Assembly (NCBI GenBank): GCA_000708835.1
Contig: DF237019.1
Span: forward strand, 124,001 to 188,000
DNA length: 64,000 nt
Source of the DNA: Klebsormidium nitens
Lineage: Eukaryota > Plantae > Klebsormidiophyceae
Reading direction: 5' to 3'
Both the position numbers and the translations under genes were made by a program. Every line of letters starts with the position of its first letter. Positions within the stretch are counted from its first letter, which is position 1. Shown one piece after another: positions 13,460 through 25,900 of the stretch. A model generated the notes under the pieces. That model was not told the origin of the DNA, made no database searches, and was given only the letters and a program-made list of their open reading frames with translations.

Positions 13460-16100
13460 GGTTTTGCAAACCTTTCCAACTGACTGACATGATGGTAAAC
13501 GTCGAAAAGCAGAAGAGAGGGTTTCTCAGGATGCAATGTTGCGGGATTGAGCAAGCTGGTCCAACTACAACCCTCGTCCTGAGGACTACATGAAAACCTT
13601 TTCAGAATTTCAGAGCGTTGGTAATGGTTGTTATTATTGCCAAGTGCGATGCGGATAAATGCAACAGCTGGATGTGAGCAGCAGTAGGCGACAACACAAG
13701 CAAGCAGATAAGTTACTAGAATCAGCAAAAAAGAGTCACAAAGGGAAGCTAAGGGCTGCAAGGATGATGGGAGGCAATTCAGAAGCAAACCAAAGATCGA
13801 ATGGAAAACAAAACCGACAAGATGTATGTTCAGAAATTAGATGAAACTTGGACCACCAACAAGTTTTTGCAATCACACATGCTCATGGCACTTTGGCTTC
13901 ATTTATGAGCAAAGCACATAGAACCCCACTGTGACTCCTAATCCCAGGGCCAAAAACAATAGATTGACAAAGAAGGCAAACGAGGGCACACATGAAGCAG
14001 CAGCTGGTCAGAAAAAGAGGCGAATCAGCGAGTGAGGAAGTTACCAAAGACGATTGACCCACATGTGTGCAACAAAAAGAAACAACACAAGCAAGCAGAT
14101 GTGTTACTAGAATCAGCAAAAAAGAGTCACAAAGGGAAGATAAGGGCTGCAAGGATGATGGGAGGCAAATCAGAAGCAATCCAAAGATCGAATGGAAAGC
14201 AAAACCGACAAGATGTATGTTCAGGAATTAGATGAAACTTGGACCACCAACAAGTACGAACTGCAAGTTTTGCAAGCACACATGCTCATGGCACTTTCGC
14301 TTTCATTAACGAGCATAGCACATAGAACGCCACCATGACACCTATCCAAAAACAACATATTTTAAGGAAGAGGGCAAAAGAGGGCCTGAAGTAGCATCTG
14401 GTCAGAAGAAGAGGCAAATCAGCCAGGTGAAGAAACCACCGAAGATGTTGATCCACATTGTGTTGGTCAGGAATTCAGACGCTTCGAATGCATCACAAAG
14501 TGGCCTGCAGAGGGATTGAACCTCCAGGCAGATTGCTGAAGTCGGCTACTAACGAAAACAACCATGTACACCAGACTGTCAGGGTTGCAGTTACAAGCAC
14601 AAGGTTGCTCGCACCGTGGTGTTAGCTCGACAAGAAGATTCTCCCGCACACTGCTCCCCCAACACTGCAGAACTCTGCTTGACTTTGCAGAACTTTGCAG
14701 AACTCAGTGGAGGACCAAAGCAGGGCAAATCCAAAGCAGATTGGAGAGGATTGCTTGACGATTGGGGCGATCTGAAAATACCAAGAAATGAGATCAGTAG
14801 AAGGCACAAGAGAAGACAGAAGCGTTGCTTGAACAGCCAAAGCCAAAAGCAGGCTTGCTGCTGCATCTCTGCAAGCAAATACTACAGATAGGGGGCTCTG
14901 TGACTTACATCATACTTCTGCCTGCCGCAGTTGCTTGGTGGGGTTGCTTGACTGTCTCAAGGGGGGTGGAGAAGAAGCAGCAACCTGCGAGCCGATGAGC
15001 GACGATCAGTCGCTTTCCAGATCAGACAACAAGAATGACTGCCTATGCACAGAAACTGTACCGGGGGCTATTGTTCATGTTGCTCCAGTGGATTCCCGGG
15101 ACGGTTTCCTTGTAAGAGTGGTGCAGTTTGTGTGGTCCAATTTGTTTGCGATATAACAGCATCAACTTGTGAACAGCACGGGGATGTTGCATACGCCAAA
15201 AGGGGGGATTTGAAAAGGCCACCGCACTGCAACCTGGTATGCAGCGGATGAAAGAAACCCTGCAGAATACATGACTGCTACTCCCAGTGCATCAAGCAAC
15301 ACGTACGCATATGCCTTGCAAAAGTTGCCCCACCATGTACGCTTTAACAGTTTCCTACGGGGTTGCACACAATGTTGGCAAAAGAGGTCATAGCCCCCGA
15401 GTAATGGCTTTCAAATCTCCAGAGACATGAATTACCAACTGACCATGTTATGGTACTTCGGCAGAAGGATGGTCTGGAAGCGGAAGGTTTGCGATGGAAG
15501 TGGGAAGATTTCACACGCCAATCGAGCGTATCTGGATCAACGAGAACATACCATTCATAAGGAAACTTCGTTGAGCAGGGCTCACAACGAGGGGGTTTAA
15601 GAGTGTTCACAACAGAACGTACACAATGCAACCACATTCCCCCATAGCCTACGACAGCTTGTGCTCCAATTCAAGGTTACGCTTACCGAGACGCGCGCAG
15701 CGAGCAGACGAAAAGGTGGTCGATACAGGAGACACAGCAGAGTAGCGCTCGCGCAGAAGGCCAACAGCAGATGGAAACCTTGTCCCTGATGGCAAAGCTT
15801 CCAGCAGCAAACACGCCCCAGGCTCGCTTCTTCTCTGCCCCCACGCCTCGTTTTCCCCCAACGTTGCTGCTGCAAGGGGTTGCGTGCTCCACAACGCGCG
15901 GCCTGCATTGTCTAGCGCATTTTTGGGGAACAGGAACTGAGCCGGTTCTTTTAGACTCTGCGCGGGATCGAAGTGTGGAATGCAATGCCGCGCACCATAT
16001 TCGCACTCCAAATTCTGTGGTCACGGGCAAACTGGGCTTCAAAGAGGTGGTGTCTCTCAATGCACCACCCTCGCTTCTCAACTTCTGTATTCATAGAACC
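13460..16100 (-). mobile_element. Possible degenerate KDZ (Kyakuja-Dileera-Zisupton)/CxC transposase relic
   Basis: Stop- and frameshift-broken minus frames contain Cys clusters (LLCCVSCIDH, PPRCEPCS, LWRFESHYSGAMTSFANIV, WWGNFCKAYAY) and RVVVGPACSIPQHCILRNPLFCFST. The last has the C-x5-C-x2-R-x-P-x-F spacing that I recall from the KDZ core (YDNACxLxxYCLNREPxFF). Confidence 0.35.
13692..14462. repeat. About 391-bp diverged tandem duplication (2 copies)
   Basis: caacacaagcaagcagat...ttactagaatcagcaaaaaagagtcacaaagggaag...gaaacttggaccaccaacaagt starts at 13692 and again at 14083. Confidence 0.92.
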
Positions 16101-17417
16101 TGTGGAGGCTTCTCAAGCACTTCGTCATAGGGGCAGGGCACTCTTTTAGAAGTCCTATCGTTGTTTGTGACTTTGTGTCGTTGGTCTTTGAGCTCTAAAT
16201 CCCCAACAAAGCGCCGCCGAAAGCCTTGCCTTGATAGTACTGTAGCATCGAAGCATCCCACGCCTCAAAGCGTCTTTGAAGCCCATTGGTTATCTTGAAC
16301 AGCAAGGAGAATAATTAGTTTGCTCAGAGGATAACATTCTGCTGATCCTGACTGCCCAAACCCCCCCTTCCCATGCCCAAGAAAAATGACATCTCCAAGT
16401 TGGGAGACCTGTTTGCCCCAAATTGAAATCGTACGATCAAGGGGAGTCATCTGCTTTGCTTACTGTGCATCATGGCCCTACGCGTGTAGGAGGTTCGTCA
16501 GTGTCAAAACAATGCACTAATCAGGGGGAGAGGAAACCTGTGCTGGCCCAACTGCCCCCAGCGTCATAAAGAAGGCATTCCCATGGACGAGCCAAAGGTG
16601 TGTCAAAGGCCCAAACGGCGGGGGCGCCAGTCACTGGAGGAGCAAGTGGAGGAGTTGGCTGAGATCGTACGACGTAGCAAGCATCTTGTGGCGAGCTTCC
16701 CTGTTGCCTGATCACGAATCTTAACCGCCAGGAGAAACCATCTCTTACTCGGCCTGGTTATGCATGTCCATCACTTCAAAAAACCACCATTCAGCCCGCC
16801 TCGTTGGGCAAGTTAACCACTGGGTGTAATGTTGTTAACCAAGCATGGTTAGGCTTGGGTTGCGTGTCCTATTGGGCGCACTTCGCTTGCTTTTGGCCAC
16901 GTTTTTAACCAAGCAGGTTAGCACAACAGCTTTGCTTCTGAGGATGAAGTCACTCCGAAGGAGATTACTAACAGGGGAAAGAAGTGGTGAACCTTTTCGT
17001 TGGTGGTGGATTTCTGCCTGTCACTTGAGAATTGAATCTCTTTCTGAAGCTACTCTTGCCCAGTCATAACGGGCCACGCTGATCAGATGCTTCAAAGCTT
17101 GGTGGATGTCACCTGGGCAGTTTGCTTGACTATTGTCCGGTTTGGCCACTCAATGATAGTTTCTGAAACCCAGATTCCAGGAAGCAAAACTTGCTTCTGT
17201 AGCAGCAAGACTAACTAGGGGCGGGCGTAATTTCTGGAAAGAGTCCATTACGTGGTACCCTCACTTGGAACTAGGCCTCCGGTCTGTGGCACCCTTCAAA
17301 CACACCCCAATGTTTATCCACTTTTTTGCCAGATGCAAAGTATTTGTTTACTACTTCTTGAGACGCGTATGCGGCCCTCCCCAGGTGATAACCAGCCGCA
17401 CTAACCCGATTTTCCAG

Positions 17418-20400
17418 GTGTACACTGGGGCCGGCATATCCACTTCCGCTGGCATCCCTGACTATCGGGGCCCAGCGGGGGTATGGACCTTGAAGGCCCA
17501 AGGCAACGACCGCCACCTGTCGCCTACACACAGGTCAGCATTCCTAACCCACCCCCTTCTAACCCCCACTCAGATTCCCACTCTCCAATTCTCCAAGAAA
17601 GTCTCCACTTCCGTAAACGTACTTCAAAACGTCTGTGGTGAATCTGGGCTAGGAGGGCGGAATTTCACAGGCTGCCATCATCCGCAAAGACTATCAAATG
17701 CCAAAACGGGCACACATGCTGGTTCTTTATGTTACAGGGGTTTGGAAATTGTTGGAGATTTGCAAACGCTCGTGAGAAACCATATTTCCAGAGTCGGCTC
17801 ATGCCCTTGAACCGTTTGACCAGCAGGATCCGTGCTCTCGTTTGAGACTGAAAGAAAAGTCAGACGAAGCCCCCTGGGAAACTTTCAGGCCACCACTAGA
17901 GGGGCGGTAAAGATGGACGGCTCGGAGGAGCCAGATATTGCGGAAATGCGTGCAACTCTCTCGGCCGATACCAGGAGAACCCCTGGATGAAGAAAACGCC
18001 TTTTCGTTTGAATAGTCCTTCGCGTCTGGGCTGCCCCCCTGCGCTGATCAATGGTTCTCTCTGACGTGCTTGGGTCTCTCTATTCTTGGAGAAGTCCGAA
18101 CCTATTGGCTGTCTCCTATCTGCTACGAAGCCCTGCGGGAGCATCCCGTCAGCCTGAAACCCCTCTCGAAAAGAACGACGAACCTCGTGGAGCATCCGCC
18201 TTCCGTACCTTTCAAATCTTCTCGTTGACGTAAGAACCCCGTGAATGTGAACAGGTCACCCCCAGCTGCGCCTGTCGCTGGCTCTTAATGCACTTTGGTT
18301 TCGGCCCTGGAAATTGCTCATGCCCTTGAGCATTTTCCAAATGTCCCGACACTCTTTTCGGAACAAAGATCCATACCTTTTCGATCCAGAATTTGGAAGC
18401 TCCTAACCAAACTCTAATCTCTCTAACCATGACAAACACCACCTCCGCACCCGTACCCACCCCAAACCCCTGAATTAACTTGCCCGTCCGAGTCAAGAAG
18501 TCCTACTATTCCTAAGGCTCCGGGAAATGGGAGACTCTTCTAAACCTCGTCTGGTTTAAGCAGGTCCGCCCTAGCTACGCCCACCGCACGCTTGCGTTGC
18601 TCGTCCAAGCGGGTTTGGTTAAGCATGTGGTAACCCAAAACGTGGACGGCCTGCACCGCGTGAGCGGGGTGCCCCGAGAGAAGCTTAGCGAGTTACACGG
18701 GAACGCTAGGATGGAGAGGTGCGCGGAATGCGGAAGGGAGTACCTCCGGGACTACGCGACTTGGAGCGTGACGGCCGGCACTGGTGAGAGGCTTAAGCTT
18801 TGGCGGGGCTTTTTACGCGTGATTTGGGCTTCGTTTTTTCGGTTAAGCAGGTTCTCTGTGCAGGACGGCCCAACTCCTGAGTTGATCTTTTCCGGGTTAA
18901 GCAGTTTTGCTGTGCAGGACGTCCACAATCCTAAGGTCGAAAGTTAGCGTTGTGCAAACTTCATTGCTCAGATCTTGGGAGATCTAGGGATTCCTCGAGA
19001 CTTGAGAGGGTTTGAGCTTCTGTGTGTATGTTCAAGAGTAGTTATTTAGGCTTTCCAGGGCGGTTTGCCCGTTGTTTCGAATGTGAAGGGTATGGTATCG
19101 ACAATCAGGATCTCTCTGCATTTTTGAGGGCCCAGTAAGAAAGAGTCCGCAGATGGAAACGAAGGTTTGACTAACCTTGCAAGACGCAGAAGAGATTGCA
19201 ATCAAACGGACTATCTTCGATCCGGCAGTAGCCTCCTCTCCTACAAGCTGGGTCCGACGATTCAGACTCAATATCTTCTGATACATGAACGCTTTCGTGT
19301 TAAGGAATTAGAGGTCGGCCGTTCACGGAATCGCGGAAAGATTAGCCGTAATCTGAAACGGTGGCTTTGGTTACATTTCTCTGACTTGTTCAACGGCTAA
19401 TCAACCTCATGTGCCCCGTAACTTGCCCCTTGGCGAACTGACGATCTGCCGCTGAATTTCGGAGATCATATGCTCAGCAATCTGTTCCGGCGAACAGCAG
19501 GCCGGCATCGCTGCCAAAAGGTCGCCGGCACCCCAAGTCCTTGCTGACAACGTGTCACCTTCTTTTCAGGTTCTACGTCGGCGTCCGCACGGGCCAAGCG
19601 ACGGCGCTCGTCCGAACGAGCCTTGCCGTTCGGAGCCTCGGCTCATGCGTCCGGAGAAAGCATCCCGTCCGAACGCCCGACCCTGCCGTTCGAGAGTTTC
19701 CTGCCGCGCGATTGCTTTCCACCGTCCGCTGGACGGTTAACGTCCTGCAGTTCCCAGCCGTCCAACGAATCTACGCCGCTGGACAATCCTCGACCGTCCG
19801 ACAGTTTTCGACCGTCCAACAGTCCTCTACTGTCCAACCTCTCCTCGCCGTCCGGTCACTTAGTCCAGTCCAGCACGTCTCAGGCGTCCGATCATTCCGC
19901 ACACTCATCCACTCTTCGACCGCCGATCACTCCCTACCGACCGATAGCGTCCCCCGGTCCGTTCGCTGCTCACCGTCCGATTGCTTTCACACCTTTCGAG
20001 TCCTTTCACAGGCGGTGCGAATCCCAGGGCTGCGCAGGCTCCCTTCGGCACTGCGTAACCCTGTTCAGGGAACCCCTTCCGGATTCTGCGGTGCGTTCGG
20101 CGGAGCGCGAAACCGCCCTGGCCGACGCTGCGTTGGTGCTCGGGAGCAGCTTGCGGGTAAGGTGCTTTGATTGTCCAAAATCTGAGGTGTTCGCCCATCT
20201 ATGTTTAAGATATGTTCAGTTTGGTAGCATACGTCTCTGAGTAGGGTGCTTTAGTTCGTCTGAAAGCTGATTTCGGCTGTGCGGAATTGACCATCCGACT
20301 TTTTGAAGCTCCTGATGGAAGTGGTTTGCGCTTGTCTGTCAAACTTAGCCGCCTTAACCGATTTCGCACCTCATCAAACACTCACTTCAGCTGTCCGATG

Positions 20401-21390
20401 GTTATGCTTGGTTCCTGGAACGGGCCAGATTGGGCGTCTTGTTGAGGGGCCACTTTTTCATAGTTTCTAAGACCTTAAAATGCCAAAACCCTTCAACGTC
20501 ACAAAAGTGCATAGTCTCCGCCCTTCTTGCACACACGCACTTGCGAGCGCATCTGCATTCTCAAGCAGTCGTGTGGACAGCAAGTTCTGGCTGAAAGAAA
20601 GTTGTAAGTGGACGGTGCATTGAAAAATCCTCTTGGCCTAGTAAGCCTTGGAAGCAAAGCTTATGAAAAGTCAAAGGCGCAAGGCTTTGACGTGGGCAGA
20701 ATCAACCCGGTGCTTAGACCGAGGAGCTGTCCCAACAACGTTTGCTCGCTTCAACTGGGAGGCCGTATTTTGACGCCGCAATCTGAGACCGCAATCTGAA
20801 CGGAACGGACAAATTTATTCTGGATAGGAAGCGGTTTGTGCTGTCGCGAGTTTGCTTTTGTGCCCTGGAAGACTTCGCAAAAGGATTTAGAGCGGACCAG
20901 CAACTTTTTCTTAACTCGGTTAAGCATTCTGTTGCTGTGCACTGTGGGGTTTCCTTTTCAAAATGCCCTTCCATTTCGCACGAGGTTCGGCTGCTCGACT
21001 AGGCGTGTGGAAGCAATGAACACACTACTTACAAATCCGACGTAACATAGTTTGTATTTTCCGGATCAAGCTCTCCCGATTGACCGTAAGACACGTTCGA
21101 TTGTAAGCAGTATGCCCGTGGACTTACAGGTAGCCCCCGCTTGCGACTACCCTGCTGACGTGGCAGCCTCCGGAGGAAATCTGGCCATTGTCAACCTGCA
21201 GCCCACACCTTTGGACGCTAAAGCTGACGTCATCATCAGGAGGGGATGCGACCAAGTGATGGAGTTGCTGCTTTCTCATCTGAAATCGAACGTTGGGTTG
21301 ACTTGTGGATTCCACGAACCTATGAGCGAACTCTGCGAGAGCCAGGTTTGCGGACAAGCCCTCATGGGGCTCAGTGAAGCCGCCTCTTGA
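17418..21390 (+). CDS. NAD+-dependent deacetylase (sirtuin), SIRT6/SIRT7 (class IV)-like; 5' exons unresolved
   Basis: Motifs: [24 protein letters not shown] (17418-), [13 protein letters not shown]...LSELHGN...CAEC (18564-18783), RCESQGC...LVLGSSLR (to 20156) and [12 protein letters not shown]...CDQVMELL (21130-21390). Confidence 0.9.
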
Positions 21391-22953
21391 GATGCTCAAA
21401 GATGCCTCTTCGGTTCAATGGTCGACAGCAAAGTGACCGGCTGCCATGCAAAACTATTCATTGCCAGTTGTCCGGTGCCCACTGAGCCTAGTCATCAGCA
21501 CCTGATTATGTATTTACATCGAAAGAACGTGACATGTGGCATGAGCGATCATTCCATGCGTGAGCCTGCCTGCCGAGATTGCGCACAATGCAGCAGCATG
21601 TCTGCAGCTTAATGAACGAGCGCGGAGGATCAATGCGGCATCAACATAGACAGTAAAATATAATAGCATCATATGCCAGGTTGATGCCGCCGCATTCGAA
21701 AAATGATCGACATATGATGCATGCAATGATGCGGCGCTGTAAGTGGGCGTTTTTCAATCAATCTTCCGAGCTTCGGCCGCCCCCAGCATGTACGTGCGCA
21801 TTAGTATATATGTGTGACCGGCCCTGAGTCCACCCATGCAGTGCTTAATTTGCACGCGAGCTAGTGCTTAAGTGAATTTCGCCTGGTTGGAACGGTCCAG
21901 TGCTTTGGAGGTTGATCCAACTTGAGTTTGCAATGCGTGCAATGTGAACCATATCAATAGCGGCCGCCTAGCTGTTGAGTGCCCAAGCTTGGCATGAATA
22001 ACATATCATGTGATGCATGACTATTCGCGCGTACTTATCAAGTACTATACTTTCTCTGATCGAGACAATCAGCATATTGTGACGCAAATTTACTCCCCTG
22101 CCTCGAGGATTCTTCCCGCAGCCGGATACCGATCAGCTATATGAACAATCTTCATCACGATAGAAACGTTCCGGATCACATTGCAAACATTCAATCACTT
22201 ATGCACTTACACATGAAGCTGGCCCCTATCGCTAATACTGTCCGGATGCACTTAAAAAGGTTGAGCAGCTGATGAGTGTCATTTCCGAGATGAGCGCCTC
22301 TGGAAGCAATGTCTCTTCTTCCCTACTTGCGAAGTGTCCTGCTGCTCTTCCTTGTCCATCTCCTAGCAACTCTCAGTCGCTAAGAGGCCTAGCTCATATT
22401 GAACTCGGAATTCTCTGAGGCGCGGTGCGGCAAACCGTTTCAGATGAACCGGATCAACACCAAGCAGCCCACATCTCGGGGCCGTCGATAAGCATTTGAG
22501 TCTTATGATCAACGGTCAGGATATGTTCATTCTTTCTAACATTATTGACAAAACCCTGCGGCCGCGTCCGGCAGTTGCCGGCCGCGACTCCGGCAGCATA
22601 TGCTGCAAAAGCGAGGAATCTCATCCGGCCGGGTGGCGCGTTGCGTCACAATATCACTGCACATAGTATCGTGCCCACTTATGCTGACGCGCGCTGCATG
22701 GCCGGGCACATGCTTGATGATCCGAACTTAACAGGTAAAATCTACATGATATCTTTTGAACGGCGCCAGCCTGATTCGATTGTGTCTAACTACCTCGACT
22801 CCAGGCAGCCTTTAAAAATATTTGTAATGAACCCGAATCGATCGGGCCTTTCTGTATCTGGCGCTTGATGATTCACGCCTTCTGTGAACTTTAGACTTCA
22901 TGGTGAATCGAATCTTTACGCTGGTGTTTAGAGGTGCACCCAATCGTAGACGC

Positions 22954-25900
22954 TTATACGTTGTCAACCGGATGAGCATCCGACGATCTGACTGGCGGCG
23001 CACTTCTATCCGAGACGCTATTTGGCGTCTCAGCGACCTCATTCTGCTCGGACTCTACGGACATAGTTGAGAAGCTATCAAACAACTTCGAGCCGCGGGA
23101 TATTTCCGCGCCATTATCCGCGTCGGTCTGCTCGAGTGGCCGCTCGGGTGACGTGAAGAAGAATTGCTTGCCCCATGTTCCCACGTCACCGAACACGTCA
23201 GTCAGATTCCGGAGGTGAAAGCCAAACAAAATAGCGGCGACCCAGTACGCGAGTGGAACAAAGTTCCACGCACCACCGATATTGGAGATGATGTCAACCG
23301 TAGGGCTCCGTTCTCTTAGCATGGAAATGTCGTTGCTGTCTCGAAGTAGGCTCATCTGAACGGTCGCAGCGTCGACGCCTGGTAAAGGGGGCTCGACTTG
23401 GTTCAGGGTCGACATTGACGAGATGGTGTAGAACGTTCGCTGCAGAAACAAGGTGCTCAATCTGCTTCCTGACAGGCACGTTACATTTTTCAGTTCTGAT
23501 GAAATGCTTGATGACAGCAGAGCTGGGTCGGCAGCCAGTTCAATGTCACAAGTGTCTTGTTTCAGTTGGTGGAAGCTTTTGAAGCGTATTTCCTTCAACA
23601 TCAGGATGTTACTTTTTAAACCTTGAATACTTTAGTCTTTAGCTGTTATTTAGTAGCTTCACTAGGCTTAGGCTTTTGGTTGTCTTCGTCTTTTGCAGTG
23701 AAAGCAGTTCAATGTCACAAGTGATCTTGATTCTTTTCACAGCGAATTACCCTTCGAGTTAAAAACGGACGTTGAGCGGCGCTCTCCAGCATAGCACGAC
23801 AGTATTTGTATACGTCCTCGCTCAAAGACAAGACAGATAATATGAAGCAAACACAAGCAAGTTGTTAGCGAGGCAAGCTGAGCTGATCAAGAACGCTAAC
23901 GGGATCTAGCTGATAGCTGATGACAGCTTGCGAACCCACATCCGTTTTTTTTGAAACCTACCATGGTTTCTTTGCCATGCATCGCTCGACTGAGCCTTGA
24001 AACGTCCGTCACCAGGTCGAAAAAGCTAGCTTCTGACTCCTACTGAGAGCGCCGTCTTACCTCGGTTGTTGCCCCAAAGCCGACGAACAGCCATAGCTTG
24101 GACTTGATTCTCGTTTGCTTATTCTTCTTCAGCGCCAGGACATGCGTCGAGTTCCCAACCACCAGCTTCGCAAACCCGTGGCCTTGGGCTGTGTACAACG
24201 AACGTTTCTCCTCATTGGTCAACGATGATAAGCTTCTCGTGCTCAAGTCTACGCTGTGCTGCAAATCCGCGAGGAGGTCTGCTTGTGCAGTGTCGTTGGA
24301 TGAGTTGGTCGGGTAGTCATTGAACTGCCAGTGGAGGACCTTTGGGGGCTGCAGGAAAGATGAGCAAGAAAATTGAACTCAGAAAAGATGATAATAAGCC
24401 GAGATAATGATAAGGTAACCGCACCGGGACGGGTGCGGTTACTTTGGTGGTTAGGGTGGGTATGGGTTTGGAGCTGAGGTACCTTCTTGGGTTAGGTTTC
24501 GTATTGCTTGTCGGAGCCCAATATCATATCTTGGCGTATTATCATCTTTCTTGATCTAAATGAAAAATCAGGAGCTTCGATCAATCGCTTCCGTCAGTAG
24601 TTGAAACACACCTGTGCCTGCTGCACGAAACATGTCTCTCGCTTCTCGCAGCTAGTAGAGCGGAGGTGTTGTCTCCATGTATCTACAGGGAGCTGGCACA
24701 CTCAAACAAGCACAGGCATGACAAGCCGTGCAGCCTACGAAAGAAGGCTACTGAGGTACAACAAAGGACCCTTGTCGTAGCGTCACTTGATTGCCCTGCT
24801 TGCACTCCGAACCGCCGGGAAAAGAGATTGAATCGAAAGGAGGTAATCGAACGCAATTCAAGGCCGGGAAAGTGCGATCTTTTGAGAATCCACTACGCAC
24901 TCCACCTCTCCACGCGTACGCGGGCCTCCTTAAACGATGCTTCAGCTCCTGTCGTGCATGTGGACCCGTGTTGTGGACCTTATCCAAGCTGAAGTTTTAA
25001 AACTGCCCAAATATCGGGCACTGCAATTAGTAGCATTGCCGGATGCAAATTTGCAACTTCATGAGGGTTTAACAAAGTATGGCTGGAACCTGCCTTGAGG
25101 TTCCTGACGTCGTTCGTCACGTGTCCCCCAAACGACAGCGAAAAGTCTAGTGACACGTGGGGCTGCAGTATTTGCTCCGGGTCCGTTGTGCGCCGTCTTA
25201 ATTGGTTGGGGAAGTAGACGATACACCACGATTGTGGGGGAGTGACGGGCTCGCCGGCGGAGCTTCTAACGAGGTTGCTCGGTTGCAACCAGTAGAAAGT
25301 GCTGATCCTCGTGTCAGCTGATGCAGGCGAGCCTGTTTGAACGGTCGTACTGTTGCGGTCCCCCGAGATGTTGTTGCGTTCGTAGAAGTCCGGAAATTTT
25401 CCTTCCGCTCTGCGTGAGATTCAGGTCAGGAGAGAGTGAGTTCCGTCATTCTTGAGGTGGGTGCACGCATTACCTGAGGTATAGAAACATCGTGTCCTCA
25501 AAGGAAGCGAACTAGCATGTAACGGCCTGAGTGAAGGAACTGCTTTTGAATCGTGATTTCTCTGGCAATGGACATCAAAGGTCAAATTTCCACCAGCAGA
25601 GAACACGGACTGCTGTGCTGAAGGCCAGACATTACTTTCCAAACACCAACAACGGTAATGGAAGCTACTCCATGAAAGGAGGGTGCAAAACTATAATGTT
25701 GCCGCTCACAGACTAACTCCAAGATTCCTGCGCCGCAGAATGCATCGAGCTTGCTTGCCTTGCTCGCTGGTAGTTTGGTCCAAAGTTGAAGAAGAAGTAT
25801 CGGCTTGACGAGTAGAACATCTTCAAGTAGCCATAGTCCAGGGGAATGCTCGAAGGGCCCTCGAAAGAGCAAGCCGAGATGACGGGAGCCCGAAATTCGC

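Noticed and set aside
16845-17400. Candidate first exons of the sirtuin
   Set aside because: No segment had both convincing homology and compatible splice phase, so the 5' end was left unresolved.
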